Assembly: GCF_000018305.1 (NCBI RefSeq)
Contig: NC_009954.1
Location: forward strand, 390,001-422,000
DNA from: Caldivirga maquilingensis IC-167
GTDB lineage: Archaea > Thermoproteota > Thermoprotei > Thermoproteales > Thermocladiaceae
Reading direction: 5' to 3'
DNA: 32,000 bases
Every line of letters starts with the position of its first letter. The first letter of the stretch is position 1. The translations under genes were made by a program, and so were the position numbers. This document shows positions 1 to 6,440 of the stretch, one piece after another. Under the pieces are notes generated by a model. That model did no database searches. It was given only the letters and a program-made list of their open reading frames with translations, and was not told the DNA's origin.

Positions 1-246
1 TTAGCCATTAAGTTCGCCACAGCCCCAAGGGAGGAGAGGTTTAAGGGGTTAAGGATCATTACCGCTAAGACTGGTTCACCAATTATTAATGGTTCAATAG
101 CCTACCTAGACTGCAGGGTTGTGGCTAAGTATGATGCCGGTGACCACACTTTATTCATAGGGCAGGTTGAGGACGGCAGGGTACTTAACGCTAAGCCACC
201 GTTAATATACTTGAATAGGAATTACTACACTATTCAATCCCCATAA
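1..246 (+). CDS. Flavin reductase-like FMN-binding domain protein, C-terminal fragment (5' end lies outside the window)
   Basis: Frame 1 is open from base 1 to TAA at 244-246. The translation ...IAYLDCRVVAKYDAGDHTLFIGQVEDGRVLNAKPPLIYLNRNYYTIQSP carries the G-D-H-x-L/I-F-I/V-G ... P-L-x-Y motif typical of the C-terminus of flavin reductase (HpaC/NADH:FMN oxidoreductase) domains. Confidence 0.6.
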   Translation, partial: LAIKFATAPREERFKGLRIITAKTGSPIINGSIAYLDCRVVAKYDAGDHTLFIGQVEDGRVLNAKPPLIYLNRNYYTIQSP

Positions 247-320
247 CCCTACATCCACACCAGGTGAAGTAATACTAATTTAAGGCACAATACTTAATTA
301 GCTTAAGTAACGCCTCTACT

Positions 321-1262
321 ATGGAGGATTGGTTAAGGGGACTTAGGGCAATTATGGTTAGGAGCCTAAACTACAATAAGTTACCCATACCCGTTGAGAG
401 AAGCGTATGCAGTGAATGGGTTAATGGAGTGAATATTCCTGAATCAGGAGACACATTACTCTACACCTCATGCCTCTACCAACTCGTACCATACATAAAC
501 GCATTCACGGGCCTAATGGAGAAGGCGTCGCCTGAATCATTAGGCCCCCTAGTCAGTAGGTTTAGTGGCGCGGTTATCACTATGGCTAGGGTTATTTTAA
601 AGCCACCTAGAAGTGAGATTGATAGGGTTAATGGGATTGTTAAATCCATCGCTAACCTACTCATTAAGAATGGTGTTGAATTCACCTTCATGCCTGATGA
701 ACCCTACTCAGGGGCGTTACTATATGAGTTGGGGTTTGAGGATGACTTCAAGGACTACTTCTCATCAATTGTACTTAATTACTTTAAGAGTAAGGGAATT
801 AAGACAGTTATAACCATTGATCCGCACACTCACCATATATTAACGGTAGTGGCCCCTAGATTCTTCGGGGATCTGGGTATTAGGGTTGTGAATTACATGG
901 AGTTAATTAAGGGTGTTGATAAGGCTAAGTTGAGTAGAGTGGTTATTCATGATTCATGCCTATACTCAAGGTACCTCGGTATGAGGGAAACCTACAGGAG
1001 ATTACTGGAGCAGGCTGGGGTTGAGCATGTTGAGGATCCCTACGTAACAGGGATTTCAACATCAATGTGCTGCGGTGGTCCGGTGGAATCCATTAAACCA
1101 TCATTATCAAATAAGGTTGCTAGAAACAGGGTTGAATCATTATCCAGGTTGTCAAATAATGTAGTTGTGGCTTGCCCAATATGCTACGCTAACCTATCCA
1201 GGAACAGTAACGGTAGGGTTAAGATACTTGACTTAGCTGAGGTACTAAGTGGTGCTCAGTAG
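321..1262 (+). CDS. Cysteine-rich CCG-domain Fe-S oxidoreductase subunit (HdrB/GlpC/LutA-like)
   Basis: 313-aa ORF. The C-terminal half has the CCG-domain pattern C-x(~42)-CCG-x(~37)-C-P-x-C (HDSCLYSRY...SMCCGGPVES...VVACPICYANL). The N-terminal half looks like a degenerate second copy. Confidence 0.6.
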   Translation: MEDWLRGLRAIMVRSLNYNKLPIPVERSVCSEWVNGVNIPESGDTLLYTSCLYQLVPYINAFTGLMEKASPESLGPLVSRFSGAVITMARVILKPPRSEIDRVNGIVKSIANLLIKNGVEFTFMPDEPYSGALLYELGFEDDFKDYFSSIVLNYFKSKGIKTVITIDPHTHHILTVVAPRFFGDLGIRVVNYMELIKGVDKAKLSRVVIHDSCLYSRYLGMRETYRRLLEQAGVEHVEDPYVTGISTSMCCGGPVESIKPSLSNKVARNRVESLSRLSNNVVVACPICYANLSRNSNGRVKILDLAEVLSGAQ

Positions 1263-1263
1263 C

Positions 1264-1503
1264 CTAATCCTCAATAACGTTAATACCCCTTGAGCGAGCA
1301 TACTGCAGTAGCCTACTAATACTACTCCATGACTTAGCCTTAACCAGAACCACGTCACCAAGAACCTCACTGATGAGCCCAAGTTCCCTCACCTTATCTT
1401 CAATGAGCCTAAATACCTCAATACCCATAGCCACTGTGAAGAAACCGTCTGGTCCACGTATCTTACGGGCGTTAATTGAGTCAAGCCTTAAACCACGCCT
1501 CAC
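1264..1503 (-). CDS. Hypothetical small protein (79 aa), translationally coupled to the upstream ORF
   Basis: ORF track. Its GTG start overlaps the TGA stop of ORF 1500-1829 (GTGA overlap). I recognise no family. Confidence 0.4.
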   Translation of the reverse strand: MRRGLRLDSINARKIRGPDGFFTVAMGIEVFRLIEDKVRELGLISEVLGDVVLVKAKSWSSISRLLQYARSRGINVIED

Positions 1504-1829
1504 TTAACCACCCCCATTTTAATTAAGGCGCTATTAATAATCCTCATAACCTCCACTGCCTTATCAATTAAGTCCAGGTCCTTGGGCATTATGGTGAAGT
1601 TCTCGTCACCAACAGCGTACTCCACATTGCATTCAGTGTCTTCACATAGTATTGATATGAATACTGAAAAATCCTCGGTTAACTTAACCATAATAAGCTT
1701 CTCTGATCCATAATCCTCAACGGTAACCTGCCCGTAATTCCTAATCTCATTAATTAATTTACCAATAATTTCATTAACATTAATAGGCATCATGATGCTT
1801 CCTATCCCAAGAATATAAAGGTTACTCAC
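1500..1829 (-). CDS. Hypothetical small protein (109 aa)
   Basis: ORF track. ATG start with an A/T-rich box upstream (1835-1860). First gene of a two-gene minus-strand unit. Confidence 0.45.
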   Translation of the reverse strand: MSNLYILGIGSIMMPINVNEIIGKLINEIRNYGQVTVEDYGSEKLIMVKLTEDFSVFISILCEDTECNVEYAVGDENFTIMPKDLDLIDKAVEVMRIINSALIKMGVVK

Positions 1830-1914
1830 GCTTGTTTTAAAGGCCTATTAATGAGCTAACTCATGGTTAAGGTCACTTTAGGTAAACTTAAATACTGGTA
1901 TTACATATTACTAA

Positions 1915-2421
1915 GTGCTAATGAATCATATTGGCATAATGTTTAACGTGAGGTACCTGGATCCCCTAAGGGATGGTGAATTGGTTATTTCCTTCTATAA
2001 GTCATTAAGTAGGCAGTCCATTAGGTCAAGATTCCTATGCATGATGAATGATGTTGAGGAGTGCGTTAAGTCACTATTATCATCGAAACCAATAATATAT
2101 GGTGTTTACAGTAATGATGAATTAATAGCCGTTGGCGAGGCCTATAGGGTTAATAACGCCTACGAGATAGCCCTAGCTGTTAAGGATGAGTACCAGGGTA
2201 GGGGTATTGGTAAGTGGCTTGTGGGTTTAATGCTAAAAGACTTATTCAATAGGGGTGCAGTGAGGGTTTACGCATACATGAGTCTTGATAACATTAAGAT
2301 GGTTAGGATATCCAAGTACTATGGTGGTAAAGTCTTATTCAATGGTGACTCATATAAGGTTGTTTTCGATTCAGTAAACCTAAGGCTTGAGGGAATTCAG
2401 CAACTCAGTAATATCGCCTGA
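1915..2421 (+). CDS. GNAT family N-acetyltransferase
   Basis: 168 aa with the acetyl-CoA binding motif Q-G-R-G-I-G-K-W-L (QxxGxG/A) after a beta-strand (IALAVKDEYQGRGIGKWL). GTG start; ATG alternatives lie a few codons downstream. Confidence 0.7.
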   Translation: MLMNHIGIMFNVRYLDPLRDGELVISFYKSLSRQSIRSRFLCMMNDVEECVKSLLSSKPIIYGVYSNDELIAVGEAYRVNNAYEIALAVKDEYQGRGIGKWLVGLMLKDLFNRGAVRVYAYMSLDNIKMVRISKYYGGKVLFNGDSYKVVFDSVNLRLEGIQQLSNIA

Positions 2422-2667
2422 AAGCCTCCTAAGTTCACCCACACTTACACTACCAGTTACTTCAAGTTTAATTAAGTAAGTTAACCCATTAGCCTTAAGT
2501 TCAAGGGTTAAGTAAACCTTATCCCTAACTAAATCCACTTCAATTACTGAGGACGAAGCCTTCTCATTACTTTCCCCACTCATAGATACTTTAATATTAA
2601 TTATCTTACAGTTCAGTGATGAACATGGCCCCTCCTTAATCCTCCTAATCAACTCCTCAGCAACCAC
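2380..2667 (-). CDS. Hypothetical protein (95 aa)
   Basis: ORF track only. It converges on the GNAT gene and overlaps its 3' end by 42 nt. No recognisable motif. Confidence 0.35.
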   Translation of the reverse strand: MVAEELIRRIKEGPCSSLNCKIINIKVSMSGESNEKASSSVIEVDLVRDKVYLTLELKANGLTYLIKLEVTGSVSVGELRRLSGDITELLNSLKP

Positions 2668-2734
2668 AGGGTTACATTAATTCGGACTTATTAGTGTGAG
2701 CCCTAAAACCAATGATTAGGCATTCTTCATAAAA

Positions 2735-2747
2735 GAAAAGCTTATAA
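2735..2747 (+). promoter_or_regulatory. Putative BRE/TATA promoter of the tRNA-Ala 5' half gene
   Basis: GAAAAGCTTATAA ends 26-29 nt upstream of G1 (2773). The 10-mer GAAAAGCTTA is identical to the one upstream of the 3' half gene. Confidence 0.45.
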
Positions 2748-2772
2748 CCCATTCACTTTGATTCCTAGTCTA

Positions 2773-2821
2773 GGGCCGGTAGTCTAGCCTGGAAGGATGC
2801 CCAGGAGCCTAGCCCTCAGGA
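2773..2821 (+). tRNA. Split tRNA-Ala(UGC), 5' half gene: exon nt 1-29 (2773-2802) plus 3' trailer (2803-2821)
   Basis: GGGCCGG-TA-GTCT-AGCCTGGAA-GGAT-G-CCC gives the acceptor 5' strand, the D-arm (G18G19 present), nt 26 and anticodon-stem nt 27-29. The following 18 nt, GGAGCCTAGCCCTCAGGA, are perfectly complementary to the leader of the 3' half on the opposite strand. Confidence 0.85.
2804..2821. repeat. 18-bp exact direct repeat, copy 1 (GGAGCCTAGCCCTCAGGA); trailer of the tRNA-Ala 5' half
   Basis: Identical + strand sequence at 4243-4260. Flanks differ on both sides, so the repeat is exactly 18 bp. Confidence 0.95.
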
Positions 2822-3338
2822 AAAGCCTGATCAGATGATGGCAACTCATAACTTTTAATCAATTCTTGAAGTTAAGTGTTTAAGATAATATTCTTAATAT
2901 GATACCGCAAGGATACTTGCCAAGCTATTATGTTAATGACACTGACTCGCCAACATTTAAATTAACAGCATACGCAATTATAGTATCCTCCATTGGGTTA
3001 TAGATTCCTGCTTTTTAAGGTGAGTGATGAGTTTTTGAGGAGATGTATACCCTGTGAGAAATTTAGCCTATTCCTTAATGAGAGGAGTGGAATGGAGCTG
3101 TTGTAAACTAGCCTAGAAACAAGCAAACCTAGCGAGAAAGGTGGCTTACAAGTAATGATAAACATATGTAGTTGCTGGGACTTGGGGAAATATTCATTAC
3201 TAATACCACTAATTGTATAAGCATTCTACTCATTTTCACTACCCATTTATTAGTTTCATCGCATTTAATTCTAAATTAACTTATGGTCTCGGTAAATGTA
3301 TCACACTAGTATTAATGCATTTAAGCCTAGTACTAGGC

Positions 3339-4073
3339 TTACTGCCTTAACGCTTTCTCATATACCATATACCTACCATAGTACTCATGGAAGCTGCCAT
3401 CCTCGGTAGACATGGTCTCAAGCCTATTAGGTACCGTGGGTGGACCCACTGAGAACTCACCAAGTCCAATACCCTCACCAAGATACACTTCACTGATAAT
3501 TGACATTACGTAATCCTCATTGGCCCTGGTGCATAACCAATGCCCCCTAGTGGTGCAGTAATACCCATTACTCCTTTTCAACGCCTCCCTAATTAACCCC
3601 CTTGCCTCCTCCCCACGTAACACATTAACCTTACTAGGGTTAGCAACACCAGTGTGCAGTGTGAGTACTTCCTGGAATCCCAGGGACTTAGCTAATCTAC
3701 GGCTTGCCTCATTCCACTCAGCAATCATTAACATGACGTATCCTGCACCTAGCCTAATAGCCTCATTAATTACGTGTTCCGTCAATGCCCTACCAATTCC
3801 CCTCCTTCTGTAATCTGGGTGAACTCTAATGCCCTCAAGCCAAGCAATGCCCGTTTGTAGGGGCACCATATTAACCATACCCACAACCTTATCATCAGTA
3901 ACAGCCACGTAAACTGAACCATCCTTAATCCACTCGTGAATAACACTAGGTATGTAATCACCCCATTGGTAAGTATTCTTAGTGAAGCTGATTATTTGAT
4001 CAACATCACTTGAGACAGCTCTCCTAATAATCATTACACGGCGCCACTGATTCAGTGAATTTAAATCTAACAC
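3339..4073 (-). CDS. GNAT family N-acetyltransferase with a ~90-aa C-terminal extension
   Basis: 244-aa ORF. Motif A is R-R-R-G-I-G-R-A-L (IRVHPDYRRRGIGRALTEHV). The likely true start is the internal Met of MIIRRAVSSD (about 4034). It lies between the two tRNA-Ala half genes. Confidence 0.75.
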   Translation of the reverse strand: MLDLNSLNQWRRVMIIRRAVSSDVDQIISFTKNTYQWGDYIPSVIHEWIKDGSVYVAVTDDKVVGMVNMVPLQTGIAWLEGIRVHPDYRRRGIGRALTEHVINEAIRLGAGYVMLMIAEWNEASRRLAKSLGFQEVLTLHTGVANPSKVNVLRGEEARGLIREALKRSNGYYCTTRGHWLCTRANEDYVMSIISEVYLGEGIGLGEFSVGPPTVPNRLETMSTEDGSFHEYYGRYMVYEKALRQ

Positions 4074-4189
4074 ACTTCATGAATTATTCTCACATGGGCA
4101 TTAAATATTCGTGAACATGCTGTGGATTGATTAATAGTGCATGATGTTCCACAATCCTTTAAACAGTATATTGAGGAATTAGTGAAGAA

Positions 4190-4260
4190 TGGTGGACCGG
4201 CCGGGACTTGAACCCGGGATCTCCCGCGTGCAAGGCTTATGCGGAGCCTAGCCCTCAGGA
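4190..4260 (-). tRNA. Split tRNA-Ala(UGC), 3' half gene: leader (4260-4237) plus exon nt 30-76 with encoded CCA (4236-4190)
   Basis: The minus strand reads TCCTGAGGGCTAGGCTCC-GCAT-AA|GC-CTTGCAC-GCGGG-AGATC-CCGGG-TTCAAGT-CCCGG-CCGGTCC-A-CCA. This gives anticodon loop CUUGCAC (UGC), a canonical T-arm, and an acceptor 3' strand that pairs 7/7 with 2773-2779, including G3:U70, plus A73. Confidence 0.85.
4243..4260. repeat. 18-bp exact direct repeat, copy 2 (GGAGCCTAGCCCTCAGGA); template of the tRNA-Ala 3' half leader
   Basis: Identical to 2804-2821 on the + strand. Transcribed from the - strand it is the exact complement of the 5' half trailer. Confidence 0.95.
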
Positions 4261-4280
4261 TCATTAAGTTTCTGCCTGTT

Positions 4281-4296
4281 TATTTTTAAGCTTTTC
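4281..4296 (-). promoter_or_regulatory. Putative BRE/TATA promoter of the tRNA-Ala 3' half gene
   Basis: The minus strand reads GAAAAGCTTAAAAATA. The shared 10-mer ends 27 nt upstream of the first leader nucleotide (4260). Confidence 0.45.
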
Positions 4297-4332
4297 ACAC
4301 TTAAGCCTTAATCAAGTATTCCTGAATCATGC

Positions 4333-5358
4333 TTAACTATACTTCTCAATTAATTGCTCAAGGCTCAATACCTCATACCTAATCCTCCTACCTGACCCAG
4401 CGCTCTCCCTAAGACCCTCAATAATGTCATGGACTAGTAATGCATCGTAGATTGACTGCTCAGGTTTACGGCCTTCGGCTAAAACATCATCTATAAAATG
4501 CCTTACAATACCCTTAAAGGACTCCACGTAATCCACTGTCTTACCCATCATGAATGAGCCTGCTTGAAGTGATGCAACCACATCATCAAAGGAGTTAATA
4601 GTCACAGTACCCTTAGTCCCAATAACCTTGTCAAGCCACATGAATGGGTATGATGATAAATCATCCGCAGCCCAATTAGCCACAATATTGCCTAAAGCCC
4701 CATTCCTATACCTGAAGGTTGCCACAAAGACCTCATCACTCTTAACCTCCCTATAAGTTAACGTACCCCACATTGCCTGGAACTCAATGGGTGGTCCAAG
4801 GAGGTAGTTTGAGGTGTATATTGAGTGGTATGATTGAGTGAATAATGCGCCATGATGTCTCCTAGCCACTTCCTCACTTAACCTTTGGGTAACAATGAAT
4901 AATGCGTAGGTTGGTTCACCAATAGCCCCACTCTCAATGAGTTCCTTAGCCCTCCTAACCTTAGGCCTAAAGACGTAATTATGCACAGGCATTAATACTT
5001 TATTAGTCTCAAGGCTTACCTTAGCCATGTCCGCAACCTCCCTGGCACTTAAGGCTAGGGGCTTCTCAACAAGCACATGCTTACCAGCCCTCATAGCCTC
5101 CACTGCCTGATCATGATGATGCTCATCGGCACTACATATTATTAAAGCATCAATACCAGGATCATTAATCAACTCCTTGAAGGAGTAGTATGGCCTAGTT
5201 CCCCAAGCCTTAGCCACCTCCTCAACCCTATTCCTACTATGACTAAACACACCGGCTAATTCACCATACCTAGTGCTCCTGAGAGCATTATAGTGGTTTA
5301 GAGAGACTTCACCAAGTCCAACAATAGCAACCCTAATTCTCCTAACTGAGCTACACAT
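4333..5358 (-). CDS. Gfo/Idh/MocA family NAD(P)-dependent oxidoreductase
   Basis: 341 aa. N-terminal Rossmann motif IRVAIVGLGEVS, and the family motif AGKHVLVEKPLA (consensus E-K-P). Confidence 0.85.
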   Translation of the reverse strand: MCSSVRRIRVAIVGLGEVSLNHYNALRSTRYGELAGVFSHSRNRVEEVAKAWGTRPYYSFKELINDPGIDALIICSADEHHHDQAVEAMRAGKHVLVEKPLALSAREVADMAKVSLETNKVLMPVHNYVFRPKVRRAKELIESGAIGEPTYALFIVTQRLSEEVARRHHGALFTQSYHSIYTSNYLLGPPIEFQAMWGTLTYREVKSDEVFVATFRYRNGALGNIVANWAADDLSSYPFMWLDKVIGTKGTVTINSFDDVVASLQAGSFMMGKTVDYVESFKGIVRHFIDDVLAEGRKPEQSIYDALLVHDIIEGLRESAGSGRRIRYEVLSLEQLIEKYS

Positions 5359-5528
5359 TGATTAAGATAAGGGCCAAGTGTTTAAAACTAATTACGCTAA
5401 CGCTGTATCGTATATTAATGCATTAATATAACCATGAGTGAACACCCCCTGAATTAATATGAAATAGGTTTAAGGAAAGTTAAAAACAATAAGAATTTGA
5501 ATCAACATTAACCTAATACCCAGTAGTC

Positions 5529-6194
5529 TTAACCATACCAGGGCGTCCACTTAACCCAACCGGCCGTATGCTCAAAGGTAGCTCCCACACCTATAATGTA
5601 GGCGATAAGCCCAGCTAGTATCAATATTACCATCACTACGTAACCCATGTACCTACCCATGCTCCTACCATTAGTCATGTACACTAGCGGTGACAGTAAT
5701 GGTGCTAATCCAGTTAAAATGTATAATGCAGCCGCTAACGATGGTTCAGTGGTTAAATGATACTTAATTATATCAACACCATATACTATAGGTATGATGC
5801 CTAGGAACGCTAATGGTATTGAGGCTGCGTTTAATGAACCAGCGAAGTATAATGCTAGTCCAACTATTAATGCTGCGACACCGAATAGAGCCCATGGATC
5901 CATTAAAACTATATTATATGAACTAGGTAATGGCCATGTAGCTAAACCCCAAATACCGGTGGCTAATGCAAAGGCACCCACACCCATGTAGTAGAAGGAT
6001 AATGCCTTAATGGTAGCAGGGCACTCAGTGGCGCTTCTTCTTGTAGTAACCTCACTCCTAGCTATAGCCTGCTCACTAGGTGGATCCTCTTCCTTAATCG
6101 GCCTTGTGGTTAACCAAACAGTGTAAGCTGTACTAAGTAGTGTTGCCCCCAGTATCATTAGGAATATATCCAGGGGATCCATGAAGAGAGCCAT
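5529..6194 (-). CDS. Integral membrane protein (about 6-7 predicted TM helices), function unknown
   Basis: 221-aa ORF dominated by hydrophobic segments of about 20 residues. No catalytic motif recognised. Confidence 0.6.
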   Translation of the reverse strand: MALFMDPLDIFLMILGATLLSTAYTVWLTTRPIKEEDPPSEQAIARSEVTTRRSATECPATIKALSFYYMGVGAFALATGIWGLATWPLPSSYNIVLMDPWALFGVAALIVGLALYFAGSLNAASIPLAFLGIIPIVYGVDIIKYHLTTEPSLAAALYILTGLAPLLSPLVYMTNGRSMGRYMGYVVMVILILAGLIAYIIGVGATFEHTAGWVKWTPWYG

Positions 6195-6440
6195 ACCTCC
6201 TCAACACTAATGTATTTCACTTCACAAATAAAATTTACTAATGTGTAATTTATATCGAACTACAACATTGTATAGGTTTATAAATGCATCTTAATGCATC
6301 GTTAATACATTTTGGTATTTCACCTATACTACACTACTTTAATGTATTGCGTTATAATTGCTTAGAGTTAACTTAGTGGATTTACCTTTAACTTAATAAT
6401 AATTAGATTCAATATAAGTTAACTAAGGGTAGGGCCCGCA

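Noticed and set aside
3024-3090. Possible C/D-box sRNA seeded by GTGATGA (C box) at 3024-3030
   Set aside because: No CTGA D box at the expected ~50-60 nt distance, no convincing D'/C' pair, and no terminal stem. The same holds for GTGATGA at 16164-16170. The shared 12-mer AGTGATGAGTTT (3023-3034 and 16162-16173) is within chance expectation for 32 kb.
2804-4260. Interpreting the 18-bp direct repeats as attL/attR of a currently integrated provirus or plasmid
   Set aside because: No integrase or other mobile-element gene lies between the repeats (only a GNAT gene and an ORF-free spacer). The tRNA exons are in opposite orientation, which a simple integration would not produce. Kept only as a historical hypothesis in the findings.
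4067-4264. 65-aa minus-strand ORF from the track (…ARGRSRVQVPAGPPFF…)
   Set aside because: It is the literal translation of the tRNA-Ala 3' half (4190-4260) and its promoter region. The GC-rich tRNA sequence creates the open frame. There is no independent coding evidence.
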